NCBI GenBank assembly: GCA_043821445.1
Contig: JBDRCT010000033.1
Location: forward strand, 69,391 to 133,390
Direction of reading: 5' to 3'
Source: Candidatus Omnitrophota bacterium
Lineage (GTDB): Bacteria > Omnitrophota > Omnitrophia > Omnitrophales > Aquincolibacteriaceae
DNA length: 64,000 nt
Position numbers and translations under genes: made by a program. The notes under the pieces were generated by a model. That model was not told the DNA's origin, ran no database searches, and worked only from the letters and a program-made list of their open reading frames with translations. This document shows positions 30,147 through 41,690 of the stretch, piece after piece; the stretch's first letter is position 1, and each line of letters begins with the position of its first letter.

Positions 30147-31690
30147 ACCGGGGAGGGCTGGCTTGCAGCCCGTTGAGAGTTCGCCGAAACTTTGTTAAGC
30201 GCGAAAAGGTAGGCACGTACGCTGGCTTCAATAATGTCGGTGCTCGTACCGCGGCCGGTCACTTCCTTGCCGCGGATCTCAAGCTTGACCAGCACTTCGC
30301 CCAAAGCATCTTTGCCGCTTGTGACCGATTGCAGGCCGTAATGAATAAGTTTCGCCCTGGAATTCACGATCTTCTCAATGGCCTTGTAACAAGCATCCAC
30401 GGGACCATCTCCGTTCGAGACGGCTTGTTTGGCCTGGCCCTCATAAGAAAGCTTGATCTGGGCGTGAGGCTTCGCACCGGTTTCAGACACCACCTTCATG
30501 GACATCAGCTTCCAAGTCTCCGGGATCTTGGCGATCTCATTTTGTAAGATGGCCTCGAGGTCTTCGTCAAAAATATATTTCTTCTTGTCCGCGAGAGCCT
30601 TGAATTGAACGAAAGCCTGATCGAGTTCCTTGGTTGCCAAACGGAACCCAAGTTTTCTTACGCGCACCTCAAAGGCGTGCTTACCCGAGAGTTTCCCGAG
30701 CATCAGCTGGCTGCCGGAAAGCCCGATTTTTTTGGGATCCATGATCTCATAGGTCTGACGCTTCTTGAGCACCCCGTCTTGATGGATGCCGGAAGCGTGC
30801 CAGAAGGCGTTGCGCCCGACGATCGCTTTGTTAGGCTGAACGACCATGCCCGTCAAATTAGAGACCAACCGCGAGGCTTTGGTGATCTCAGAGAGTTTGA
30901 TGTCTGTGTAACAATTCATGAAATCCGCGCGCGTGTCGATCGTCATGGCGATCTCCTCGAGCGAAGCATTCCCCGCACGTTCGCCGATCCCATTCACCGT
31001 ACACTCTACCTGATTTGCACCCGCCAGGACGGCAGCCAGGGAATTGGCCGTCGCGAGGCCAAGGTCATTATGACAATGAACCGAAAGCACGACTTTCTTG
31101 CCCAATTCGGGGTTTTTTTTGATCAGGAAACGGATCAATTCCGTGAACTCTTGTGGGACCGTATAACCCACGGTATCCGGAATATTGATCGAAGTGGCCC
31201 CCGCATGGATCGCGGCCCGGACGGTCCCTGCCAAAAAGTCCCGTTCGGTACGCGATGCATCTTCAGGCGAGAATTCGATCTGTTTGAAATCCTTGGCCGC
31301 GGACCTGATGTTCTGCTCGATCATCGCCAAGATCTCTTTTTTATTCTTCCTGAGTTTGAATTCACGATGGATCTGTGAGGTTGCGAGAAAAAGATGCAGG
31401 CGTTTCCTCGCGGCTTTTTCAAGAGCCCGTCGGCATGCATCGATATCCCTCGGCATCATACGCGAAAGACCGCAGATCACGGGCTTACGCACATGTTCCG
31501 CGATCATGGAGACGGCCTTCATCTCCCCAAGCGAAGACGCCGGGAACCCTGCTTCGATTACATCGATATTCAACCGCTCAAGCTGGCGCGCGATCGTCAG
31601 CTTCTCGTCGGGAGTAAGCGACGCCCCGGGCGATTGCTCGCCGTCTCTCAACGTGGTGTCGAATATGTGAATCTTCCGTTTTCCCGCCAT
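30143..31690 (-). CDS. leuA: 2-isopropylmalate synthase
   Basis: DTTLRDGEQ, HCHNDLG, GIGERAGN and SGIHQDG; allosteric domain GDGPVDA. Confidence 0.97.
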   Translation of the reverse strand: MAGKRKIHIFDTTLRDGEQSPGASLTPDEKLTIARQLERLNIDVIEAGFPASSLGEMKAVSMIAEHVRKPVICGLSRMMPRDIDACRRALEKAARKRLHLFLATSQIHREFKLRKNKKEILAMIEQNIRSAAKDFKQIEFSPEDASRTERDFLAGTVRAAIHAGATSINIPDTVGYTVPQEFTELIRFLIKKNPELGKKVVLSVHCHNDLGLATANSLAAVLAGANQVECTVNGIGERAGNASLEEIAMTIDTRADFMNCYTDIKLSEITKASRLVSNLTGMVVQPNKAIVGRNAFWHASGIHQDGVLKKRQTYEIMDPKKIGLSGSQLMLGKLSGKHAFEVRVRKLGFRLATKELDQAFVQFKALADKKKYIFDEDLEAILQNEIAKIPETWKLMSMKVVSETGAKPHAQIKLSYEGQAKQAVSNGDGPVDACYKAIEKIVNSRAKLIHYGLQSVTSGKDALGEVLVKLEIRGKEVTGRGTSTDIIEASVRAYLFALNKVSANSQRAASQPSPV

Positions 31691-31713
31691 AACAGTTCCG
31701 GTGATTTCCTTTC

Positions 31714-32715
31714 TTACTTCGCTTTGCGGATGAATTCCATCATCCCGCGCAATTGCGCTCCGACTTTTTCAATCCCATGCTTGTCGCAATTTTCGCGCAT
31801 CTTTTTAAAATTGGGGCGTCCCTTTTTATTCTCTTCCATCCATTCCTTCGCGAATTTGCCGGACACGATCTCCTCCAGCATTTTCTTCATCTCTTTACGG
31901 GTATCCTTCGTGATCACACGCGGCCCGCGACTATAACCGCCATATTCCGCGGTATCGGAAACGCGTCGGTACATGCCGCTGATCCCGTGCACGAACATCG
32001 CGTCCACGATGAGCTTCACTTCATGAAGACATTCAAAATACGCCATCTCCGGCTGATACCCTGCCTCTACCAAAGTATCGTAGCCCGCCGTGATCAATTC
32101 GCTCAGACCGCCGCAGAGAACGGCCTGCTCACCGAAAAGATCCGTCTCGGTCTCTTCCTTGAAAGTGGTTTCGATCACGCCCGCACGAGTACCGCCGATC
32201 GCCTTTGCATAGGCAAGACCGATCTGGAGCGCCTTGCCGCTGGGATTCTGCTTTACAGCTACAAGGCATGGCACACCGCCGCCTTCCACGAATTGGGAAC
32301 GCACGAGCGAGCCCGGTCCCTTAGGGGCGACCATAAATACATCGATTTCCTTCGCGGGCTGGATATAGCCAAAATGGATGTTGAATCCGTGGGAGAAACA
32401 AAGCGATTTACCGGCCTTCATGTACGGCGCGATATGCTTTTCATAGATCTCAGCCTGGAGGTGATCCTGCGTCAAGATCTGAATGATATCCGCTTGTTGA
32501 GCCGCTTCGCTCGCGGCCATGGGCGTAAAGCCGTCCTTCACCGCCTGCTCATAGTTCGGCGTCCCCGGGATCTCGGAGACGATCACATCCACGCCCGAAT
32601 CACGAAGATTCAGTCCCTGACCGCGGCCCTGGATCCCATAGCCAATGATGGCGACTTTTTTGTCTTTTAAAAGGTTCAGATCCGCGTTTTTGTCATAATG
32701 AATTTTGACTGCCAT
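31714..32715 (-). CDS. ilvC: Ketol-acid reductoisomerase
   Basis: IIGYGIQG, SHGFNIH, VAPKGPG, ETDLFGEQ and SDTAEYG motifs. Confidence 0.98.
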   Translation of the reverse strand: MAVKIHYDKNADLNLLKDKKVAIIGYGIQGRGQGLNLRDSGVDVIVSEIPGTPNYEQAVKDGFTPMAASEAAQQADIIQILTQDHLQAEIYEKHIAPYMKAGKSLCFSHGFNIHFGYIQPAKEIDVFMVAPKGPGSLVRSQFVEGGGVPCLVAVKQNPSGKALQIGLAYAKAIGGTRAGVIETTFKEETETDLFGEQAVLCGGLSELITAGYDTLVEAGYQPEMAYFECLHEVKLIVDAMFVHGISGMYRRVSDTAEYGGYSRGPRVITKDTRKEMKKMLEEIVSGKFAKEWMEENKKGRPNFKKMRENCDKHGIEKVGAQLRGMMEFIRKAK

Positions 32716-32736
32716 TTTATTTTCCTTTCGTTAGCT

Positions 32737-33300
32737 TTAGCGCTTTGTGAAATTATTTCTTTTTTGTTTTTTCGCCGTCTTACAAGCACCGGTCTTCCCG
32801 CCGCATTTCAAGGGAGCCTTGAGTTCGCCCCGGCGAGCCATGGCGATCTGTCCCGTCCGAACGACCTCCTTAAGATCAAAGGGCCTCAAAAGCTCGAGCA
32901 TGGCGTCGATCTTACCTTCGCTCCCTGTGACCTCGATTGTCAGGGATTCCGGACTTACGTCCACGATCTTCGCGCGGAACGTATTGACGACATGCATGAT
33001 GTCGTTACGATTGGACGCATTCGCGCCGATCTTGATCAGCACAAGCTCCCGCGTGATCATGTCCTGCGTCGTAAGGTCTTCCACCCGGATCACATCCACC
33101 AATTTATTCAGCTGCTTCATGATCTGCTCGACCACGCGGTCATCCCCGTTCGCGACCACGGTCATGCGCGACACTTCCGGATCCTGAGTCTCCCCCACTG
33201 CAAGACTGTCGATATTGAATCCGCGCGCCGAAAAAAGTCCTGCTACACGGGCTAAAACACCGGCGTGGTTTTCTACCAATACTGAGACTGTATGTTGCAT
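32737..33300 (-). CDS. ilvN: Acetolactate synthase small subunit
   Basis: VENHAGVLARV, RGFNIDSL, KQLNKL, RELVLIK and VRTG motifs. Confidence 0.96.
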   Translation of the reverse strand: MQHTVSVLVENHAGVLARVAGLFSARGFNIDSLAVGETQDPEVSRMTVVANGDDRVVEQIMKQLNKLVDVIRVEDLTTQDMITRELVLIKIGANASNRNDIMHVVNTFRAKIVDVSPESLTIEVTGSEGKIDAMLELLRPFDLKEVVRTGQIAMARRGELKAPLKCGGKTGACKTAKKQKRNNFTKR

Positions 33301-33334
33301 AAGAACTCCTTTTGATTATCTGAGGGTTTAGCGT

Positions 33335-33417
33335 CTAGTACCGTTCTCTATTTATTTTTACGGGTTAACGGTACTAGCACTACAAACCCGTAAAAATTAA
33401 CAGTAATGCAGTGCTAG
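33335..33417. mobile_element. Double-hairpin element, copy 5 (ilvB-ilvN spacer)
   Basis: CTAG|taccgtt..35..aacggta|CTAG|cactaca..36..tgcagtg|CTAG; ATTTTTACGGGTT/AACCCGTAAAAAT symmetric about the centre. Confidence 0.88.
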
Positions 33418-33454
33418 AAAAACACGAAGGGTTTCCTAACCCCTCCCCTATTTT

Positions 33455-35173
33455 TTATGCCATATCCATGATCTGGTCCAGGGCATTCCCGGCCGGAACC
33501 ATCGGATAGACATTTGCTTCTCCGGAAACAAGGCATTGCACGACCACGGGGCCTTTATGAGCCAGCGCTTTTTTGATCGCCGGAATTACTTCTTTCTCTT
33601 GCGAGACTCGAAGCGCAAGGATCCCGTAAGCGCCCACTAATTTCACAAAATCAGGATTGGTAGGACCGATCACAGAACCCGAATAGCGCCGTTTGTAGAA
33701 AAGTTCCTGCCATTGGCGCACCATGCCATAATAACCATTATCCAGAATGAATGTCTTGACCGGCACTTTGTTATAAGCCGCGGTTGCGAGCTCCGTCATG
33801 GTCATCTGGAACGACCCGTCGCCTTCGATACAAACCACTGTTTCTTTGGGCTTTCCAAGCTGTGCGCCGATCGCGGCGGGAAAACCATACCCCATGGTTC
33901 CAAGCCCTCCGGACGTGAGCATGGTGCGTGGCCGGTTGAATTGATACCATTGCGCCGTCCACATTTGGTGCTGTCCCACACCGGTCACCACAATCGCCCG
34001 GTGCTTCGTCAGCTCTCCGATCTTTTTAATTACGTACGCAGGATGGATCTTCTGCCCCGTGTTCTCATATTTCATCGGATGCTTTTGCTTCCAAGCCGCG
34101 ATCCGAGCGAGCCATTCTTTCATATCCGAACGCTTGTCCGGAATAAGCGCGCTCAATTTTCCGATCGCCTGTTTTACGTCGCTCACCAAAGGCACATGCA
34201 CCCGAACGGTCTTTGAGATCGAAGATGGATCAATATCGATGTGGATGATCCTGGCATGCGGCGCGAACTTCGCCACGTTACCGGTCACGCGATCGTCAAA
34301 GCGCGCGCCGACCCCGATCAAAACATCGGAATTCTGCACCGCGTAATTCGCAAAATGAGTGCCATGCATCCCGAGCATCCTCAGCGAAGATTCATGTGTT
34401 TCCGGAAAGATCCCAAGCCCCAGGATCGTCGTCGTAATGGGGATCCCCGTCTTTTCCACGAACTTGCGGATCTCTTTTTCGGCTCCCGAAATGATCGCCC
34501 CGCCCCCCACATACAACACGGGCCGTTTGCTTCCGCGGATCAGTTCGGCAGCCTTCAGCATCTGTTCTTCCACCCCGGGACATTCCACGTCCGGTTGATA
34601 GCTCCGGATAAAAACATCTTTCGGCCATATAAACTCCGTTTTAGTCCGACTGATATCCACCGGAAAATCGATTAACACCGGACCGGGTTTTCCGGTCGTA
34701 GCGATATAGAATGCTTCACGCACGATCCTCGCAATGTCCCGAACATCCTTGATCAGAAAATTATGTTTCGTGATAGGACGCGTGATCCCGATGATGTCCA
34801 CTTCCTGGAACGCATCGCTCCCGATCGCATTCGTGGTCACCTGACCGGTGATGCAGACCAGAGGCACGGAATCCATATAAGCGGTTGCCAAACCGGTGAC
34901 AGTGTTCGTGGCTGCGGGTCCCGAAGTCACTAAACAAACGCCAGGACGTCCCGTCGCGCGAGCGTACCCATCCGCCATATGCGTCGCGCCCTGCTCATGC
35001 TTCGTCAAGATCAGTTTGATCTTGGAATCATAGAGCACATCGTAAGTAGGCAGAATGACCCCGCCTGGAAGGCCAAAAATGTGCCTCACATTTTCTTTTT
35101 CAAGACACTTGATCAAAATTTGAGCGCCTGTAAGTTTCATGATCTGTTTTCCGTTATGAGCCCTAGCCATCAC
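33455..35173 (-). CDS. ilvB: Acetolactate synthase large subunit
   Basis: HEQGATHMADGYAR, TSGP, RFDDRVTG, GQHQMW, SGGLGTMG, GDGSFQM and GMVRQWQ; the true start may be a few codons later. Confidence 0.98.
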   Translation of the reverse strand: MMARAHNGKQIMKLTGAQILIKCLEKENVRHIFGLPGGVILPTYDVLYDSKIKLILTKHEQGATHMADGYARATGRPGVCLVTSGPAATNTVTGLATAYMDSVPLVCITGQVTTNAIGSDAFQEVDIIGITRPITKHNFLIKDVRDIARIVREAFYIATTGKPGPVLIDFPVDISRTKTEFIWPKDVFIRSYQPDVECPGVEEQMLKAAELIRGSKRPVLYVGGGAIISGAEKEIRKFVEKTGIPITTTILGLGIFPETHESSLRMLGMHGTHFANYAVQNSDVLIGVGARFDDRVTGNVAKFAPHARIIHIDIDPSSISKTVRVHVPLVSDVKQAIGKLSALIPDKRSDMKEWLARIAAWKQKHPMKYENTGQKIHPAYVIKKIGELTKHRAIVVTGVGQHQMWTAQWYQFNRPRTMLTSGGLGTMGYGFPAAIGAQLGKPKETVVCIEGDGSFQMTMTELATAAYNKVPVKTFILDNGYYGMVRQWQELFYKRRYSGSVIGPTNPDFVKLVGAYGILALRVSQEKEVIPAIKKALAHKGPVVVQCLVSGEANVYPMVPAGNALDQIMDMA

Positions 35174-35200
35174 TTTATTTGATCAGAATCGGAGAGAAGG

Positions 35201-36256
35201 TCAAATTGCGAAGAAGTTTTTCACGCCTTTTTTGAATTTTCCCTTCCAGGTCTTTTGTCCCTGAGCTACAGAAGCCTTCCAACTTTGCCCTGTGGATTCC
35301 ATCCAATCAAAAATTGATTTTTTAAATTCCAGGTCATTAAGTTCCTCATCGCTCTTGTAATCCACGAGATGGAGCGGATAACCCTTTTTTTGAAGTTCGT
35401 CGAACCAACCCTGGTTCCGAGACCGGGCTTCTCCATTCGCTTTCAGTGCGATGTAAAAGGGGACCTGGTCTGCCGCATCCGTGCGAAGCCGGATTAGTTG
35501 AGAAAAAGGTCCGTCCCACGCTTGGCCCAACAAAGCCACTGCCGCAAATTCCTTGGGATACTTAATCGCCATATAAGCCGCGTAATGGGCCCCCAAATCT
35601 TTTCCGACAAGATAGATGCGCTTTTTACTTATGGGAAAGCGTTCCACCATATCTCTTTTTACTGTCAGGAGCCACTCGTCCAGCCTATAAGGCGTATCCC
35701 CCTCTTTCGGCCAGAAAACAAAAGGGGCTAAAATAAAAAGGCCCTTTCTTTGAGCAAGCCCTGTCAAATACTCGATCTGTTCTTCCGCTTTCGCGTCTTG
35801 GGCCGGTGTGATCATGATCATCGCATAGGTCCTGTCGGTCCTGTAATCCTTCGGAGCGAAAAAAAAGACGGGATATTTGTAACCGCTGATCTCCACAAGT
35901 CCGGAAGGGTTTGAAGTTGTGAAGACCTGGTTTTGCGGCATATCTTGAGAAACAAGTTTTGGCGCCTCCGGCGAGGGCTGAACCCGTCCAGGCGTTTGAG
36001 ACCCTTCCGCTGTGGTCGCTGATGGGACTGCTCGGACTGGCGGAACAATCGCTTGCACAGGTTGCGCTCCCTCGGGAACTTGTTGGACCAAAGAGGCCCC
36101 TTCGACAACTCGGGCTTCCCCGAGCACCGGTAAAGTTTCATCATAGTTCGCCGCGGCTTTTTTTTCTTCAACCGTTTCAGCATAAGCGGTTATGCCGAAC
36201 GCGACGAAAAAAGCACTTAAAAAAAGAAATAAAACGCTCATGCGACAGTTTTCCAT
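35201..36256 (-). CDS. Exported protein with a Pro/Gln-rich linker and an alpha/beta-hydrolase-like C-terminal domain
   Basis: Signal peptide ending TAYA; RFPISKKRIYLVGKDLGAHYA..YPKEFAAVA. Start moved downstream of the promoter; ATG 36256 or the next in-frame ATG. Confidence 0.7.
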   Translation of the reverse strand: MENCRMSVLFLFLSAFFVAFGITAYAETVEEKKAAANYDETLPVLGEARVVEGASLVQQVPEGAQPVQAIVPPVRAVPSATTAEGSQTPGRVQPSPEAPKLVSQDMPQNQVFTTSNPSGLVEISGYKYPVFFFAPKDYRTDRTYAMIMITPAQDAKAEEQIEYLTGLAQRKGLFILAPFVFWPKEGDTPYRLDEWLLTVKRDMVERFPISKKRIYLVGKDLGAHYAAYMAIKYPKEFAAVALLGQAWDGPFSQLIRLRTDAADQVPFYIALKANGEARSRNQGWFDELQKKGYPLHLVDYKSDEELNDLEFKKSIFDWMESTGQSWKASVAQGQKTWKGKFKKGVKNFFAI

Positions 36257-36317
36257 TGGACCCTTGATCCCGTGGGGACTTAAATTGATGTAACTTGCTG
36301 CAACGAAAGAGGTTATT

Positions 36318-36345
36318 ATTATATGGATAACCCCTGGCTTGTCAA
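36318..36345 (-). promoter_or_regulatory. Sigma70-type promoter
   Basis: TTGACA, 16 bp spacer, TATAAT. Confidence 0.75.
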
Positions 36346-36411
36346 CGCGACTGAAATGGTCCAAAAAACATACCTTTTTGAAAAAACCGCATACTTCTCT
36401 TGAGAATCAGG

Positions 36412-38240
<1,829 letters not shown>

Positions 38241-38245
38241 CTATG

Positions 38246-38273
38246 ATTATAACAAATCCTCAGGGGGTGTCCA
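38246..38273 (-). promoter_or_regulatory. Promoter for eno
   Basis: TGGACA, 16 bp spacer, TATAAT with an extended -10 TG. Confidence 0.6.
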
Positions 38274-38305
38274 GCACCACGGGCATTGAAACCCGTTCAT
38301 GTCAT

Positions 38306-38875
38306 TCATTTTCCAGACAATACGAGATTTAAGGCCTGGGGGTAAATTTCGTATTCGAGGTTATGGATGCGGGCTTCCAATGTCTCAAGCGTATCGTTGG
38401 GAAGAACCGGGACTTTGCTCTGGAGGATAACGGGGCCAGTGTCCACCCCCGCATCGACAAAGTGAACCGTCACGCCGGTCTCCTTCACTTTCGCAGCCCA
38501 GGCGTCCTTGATCGCGTGAGCCCCCGGAAATGCCGGCAAAAGCGCGGGATGAATATTAATAAGCCGGCCATGGTATTTTTTTACGAATCCTTCGGTCAAG
38601 ATGCGCATGAACCCGGCCAGCACGATGATGTCGACCTTGTGTTTTTCAAGACATTCGCTCAGAGCCTGATCAAAAGCCGTCCGGTCCGCGTATGCCTTAT
38701 GATCGATCACAACTGTTTTCACCCCAAGCATGGCCGCCTTCTCGAGCGCCTTCACGCCGGGCTTGTTCGAGATCACGACTGCGGCTTCGGCATGGATCTC
38801 CCCCGCCCGGATTTTCTTGATTAGATTCTCGGCGTTGGTTCCACTGCCGGATACTAAGAAAGCAATGCGTTTCAT
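38306..38875 (-). CDS. purN: Phosphoribosylglycinamide formyltransferase
   Basis: SGSGTN, LAGFMRIL, NIHPALLP and GVTVHFVDAGVDTGP motifs. Confidence 0.98.
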   Translation of the reverse strand: MKRIAFLVSGSGTNAENLIKKIRAGEIHAEAAVVISNKPGVKALEKAAMLGVKTVVIDHKAYADRTAFDQALSECLEKHKVDIIVLAGFMRILTEGFVKKYHGRLINIHPALLPAFPGAHAIKDAWAAKVKETGVTVHFVDAGVDTGPVILQSKVPVLPNDTLETLEARIHNLEYEIYPQALNLVLSGK

Positions 38876-38886
38876 ATTTGCTTTTC

Positions 38887-38961
38887 GCGCAACGCATAAA
38901 GCGCAACGTACAACGTGTTTTGACCACTTTTACGTTGAGCGTTGATCGTTGAGCGTTGAGC
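38887..38961. repeat. Inverted heptamer array (CGTTGAG-type)
   Basis: gcgcaac gcataaa gcgcaac gtacaac ... cgttgag cgttgat cgttgag cgttgag; encodes the RsmI tail and stop. Confidence 0.85.
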
Positions 38962-39655
38962 TATCTCCTTTTTTCGGCAAAACTTGCTTTCGTCCTTTCC
39001 CAGAAACTAATACCACCATCTCGCCTTTGCGGGGCTCTTGCGTCATGTCCCGGATGAGTTCGGATAGGTTGCCGCGCAAGATCTCTTCGAATTTTTTCGT
39101 AAGTTCGCGCGCAACCGCAGCTTCTCGGTCTCCAAGGATCTCCCTCGCATCCTGGAGCATTTTCACGATCCTGAAGGGAGACTCAAAAAAAATGAGCGTT
39201 TCTTCCCGTTCTGTGAGCACCCGGAGCTCATGCCTGCGCCGTTCACCCTTATTGGAGAGAAAACCCAAAAAACTAAAACTGTCCGTCGGAAGGCCGCTTA
39301 AAACAAGCGCCGTTGTGATTGCCGACGGCCCCGGCAGTACTTCCAGCGGCAGCTGCTCCGCAAGCGCCGCGTGAACGACCTGGAACCCCGGATCGGATAC
39401 CAGCGGCATCCCACTATCTGAAACCAGTGCGAGACGCTTCCCTTCTTTTAGAAGCGCAACCACCTCCGCTGTCTTCTGCGGAGTGCTATGATCATGATAG
39501 CTGAGCAGCTGCTTCGCGATCCCGTAATGCCGGAGAAGTTTCTGCGTCTGCCGCGTGTCCTCACAGACGATGATGTCCGCCTGTTTCAAGGCCTCAAGCG
39601 CCCTGAACGTAATGTCTGAAAGATTACCGATCGGCGTCGGAACAAGGGTCAACAT
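38930..39655 (-). CDS. rsmI: 16S rRNA C1402 2'-O-methyltransferase
   Basis: PTPIGNLSDIT, EDTR, SDSGMPLVSDPG, ESPFR and ARELTKKFEE motifs. Confidence 0.97.
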   Translation of the reverse strand: MLTLVPTPIGNLSDITFRALEALKQADIIVCEDTRQTQKLLRHYGIAKQLLSYHDHSTPQKTAEVVALLKEGKRLALVSDSGMPLVSDPGFQVVHAALAEQLPLEVLPGPSAITTALVLSGLPTDSFSFLGFLSNKGERRRHELRVLTEREETLIFFESPFRIVKMLQDAREILGDREAAVARELTKKFEEILRGNLSELIRDMTQEPRKGEMVVLVSGKGRKQVLPKKGDSSTLNDQRST

Positions 39656-39661
39656 AGCCGA

Positions 39662-40669
39662 TCAACAATTCCGCCCAAGGGCATAATCCGCAAGCTGTTC
39701 GAGACTTGTCCTGAAAATAGACGGCGGGAAAACCTCGAGTTCGCGTTTGGCCATGTCCATGAACCCTTTTGCCTTGGCAAGTGCATAATCCAGGGCTCCG
39801 TTTTTTTCAAAGGTCTCCCGAAGCATGGAAAAACGTCTTTTGTGGCTTCGGGAATAAAGAATGCGAACGACTTTGTCCCGCTCTCCCGACGCAAGGCAAT
39901 GGATCACGGGAAGCGTGTAGACCCCTTCTTCCAGGTCCGATCCGAGAGTTTTGCCGAATTTGCTCTCTTCACCTGAAAAATCCAGATAGTCGTCCGTGAT
40001 CTGGAACGCCATTCCGAAAAATTCCCCGAACCGGCCGAGGACCTCTGCTTTCTCAGGTTCAATCCCCCAAATAAGCGCTCCCGTCTGAAGGGCGCACGCA
40101 AGAAACGATGCCGTTTTTTTTCGGATGATCTCGAGATGAATTTTTTCGGTCATGTTGATGTTCTTCTTTTCACTGATCTCCTGAATTTCTCCTTCACAGA
40201 TCTCGCCGGCAGTCCGGAGAAAAAGCGGGATGATCCGGTCATTGCCATAACGAAAGATCGTCACAATGGCGCGATCATGAAAGTAATCCCCCGCGAGAAC
40301 CGCTGCCTGGGATCCTGATTTAATGTGAAGGGCCGAAACCCCTCGTCTTAAGGGCGCAGAATCAATGATGTCGTCATGGATGAGCGTTGCGGCATGGAAG
40401 ATCTCGGCAGCGGCGGCAAGGTGAAGTTCCGCTGTTTCGTTGCGCTCGTGCAAGATCCCATGTCCTGGCCATAGAGATCTGGCCAGGCCGGCTCCCAAAA
40501 AGACGAGGGCGGGGCGCAGGAGCTTCCCGTTCTTTGAAAAAAAATGGTCCACCATTTCTTGCATCTTGAGAATGGGGGTGTTGAGCGTCTCCCGGATAAG
40601 CGATGGGACCCGGCTCATGCCGGCTTGCACCGGCGCATAAATCGTCTCGAGATTCAGTGTGGTAGTCAT
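39662..40669 (-). CDS. Polyprenyl diphosphate synthase (IspB/HepT-like)
   Basis: GKLLRP, HDDIID..RRG, KTA, FQITDDYLD and GKTLGSDLEEG motifs. Confidence 0.93.
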   Translation of the reverse strand: MTTTLNLETIYAPVQAGMSRVPSLIRETLNTPILKMQEMVDHFFSKNGKLLRPALVFLGAGLARSLWPGHGILHERNETAELHLAAAAEIFHAATLIHDDIIDSAPLRRGVSALHIKSGSQAAVLAGDYFHDRAIVTIFRYGNDRIIPLFLRTAGEICEGEIQEISEKKNINMTEKIHLEIIRKKTASFLACALQTGALIWGIEPEKAEVLGRFGEFFGMAFQITDDYLDFSGEESKFGKTLGSDLEEGVYTLPVIHCLASGERDKVVRILYSRSHKRRFSMLRETFEKNGALDYALAKAKGFMDMAKRELEVFPPSIFRTSLEQLADYALGRNC

Positions 40670-40694
40670 AAGAGAGCGGTATTATAACCCTTAT

Positions 40695-40771
40695 CGTGCA
40701 ACGCGCAAAGGTCAACGCGCAACGAAAAACTCAGAAACATCACGTTGTGCGTTGCGCGTTGTGCGTTGTGC
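40695..40771. repeat. Inverted heptamer array (CGTTGTG-type)
   Basis: cgtgcaa cgcgcaa aggtcaa cgcgcaa ... cgttgtg cgttgcg cgttgtg cgttgtg; encodes the RsmA tail and stop. Confidence 0.85.
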
Positions 40772-41690
40772 TGTCTTTCTGCTTTTCCAAAGCCTCCGCA
40801 AGAAGGCCGAATTGCTCGAGAGTAAGGGTCTCGCCTCGGATTTTTGAGGAAAAACCGAGTTTTTCGAAAATGCGCTCGAGATCGTCACGCCCATATTGGG
40901 GCCCGAAATAATGCGCCAACAACGATAAAAGAGTTTTGCGCCTCTGACTGAACGCGACGCGGATGATCTCCAAGAGAGATTTTTCGCGCCTCGCTTCAAG
41001 ATCGTCACGATCCCCATGTGGGTCCGTTGGCGCGGACGAATGACCCTGACGGGAAGAAAGGGGAAAATTTGGACGGAACACATACCGCACGACCTGCGAT
41101 GTTACCTCCGGTGGCGGAAGAAAACACTTCGGCGAAACATCGAAAAGGAATTGCGTTTCCCCGTAGAACCGGCTTGTGACGCTCAATCGTCCATAGTCCT
41201 CATCACCCGCTTGCGCGGTAAGCCGCGCGGCCACCTCTTTTTGGAGCATGAGCACGGCACTCGAAAAAACCCTGGCGTGCTCGATCAAATGAAAAAGAAT
41301 GGGCGTGCTGATGTAGTAAGGAAGATTCCCGATCACTTTCGCCCTGGCGCCGGAACCGGCCCATTCCCGGATCATTTTTGTAGGATCACTTTTTAGAATA
41401 TCGCCCCGGATCAATTTGAAATGATCGGAATGCTCCGGCCAAAGTTCTCGCGTCAAGATCTCGACGAACTTCTTGTCTGTTTCTACCGCAAGCAAAGAGA
41501 ACCCGCGCCGCAGGACCTCTTGCGTGACTGCTCCCAATCCAGGTCCGATTTCAAAAACGTATTCGCCGGGTTGAAGATCCAGGGCGTCCACGATTTTGCG
41601 GATCGTATTCGGGTCCATCAAGAGATGTTGACCCAAATGGCCACGGATCCGAAGTGCATATTTTTTAAGTAGTTCTATCTGCGTGAGCAT
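40740..41690 (-). CDS. rsmA: 16S rRNA dimethyltransferase
   Basis: LGQHLL, EIGPGLG, GNLPYYIST, QKEVA, YGRLSV and QRRKTL motifs. Confidence 0.97.
   Translation of the reverse strand: MLTQIELLKKYALRIRGHLGQHLLMDPNTIRKIVDALDLQPGEYVFEIGPGLGAVTQEVLRRGFSLLAVETDKKFVEILTRELWPEHSDHFKLIRGDILKSDPTKMIREWAGSGARAKVIGNLPYYISTPILFHLIEHARVFSSAVLMLQKEVAARLTAQAGDEDYGRLSVTSRFYGETQFLFDVSPKCFLPPPEVTSQVVRYVFRPNFPLSSRQGHSSAPTDPHGDRDDLEARREKSLLEIIRVAFSQRRKTLLSLLAHYFGPQYGRDDLERIFEKLGFSSKIRGETLTLEQFGLLAEALEKQKDSTTHNAQRTT
41002..41052. repeat. Palindromic insertion in rsmA
   Basis: TCGTCA...GTCCG-loop-CGGAC...TGACGG, 51 bp; encodes RQGHSSAPTDPHGDRDD in the inter-domain linker. Confidence 0.5.

Noticed and set aside
40458-40487. 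Hairpin CCTGGCCA/TGGCCAGG in the polyprenyl synthase loop
   Set aside because: A single 8-bp GC-rich stem with no family geometry; could be chance.
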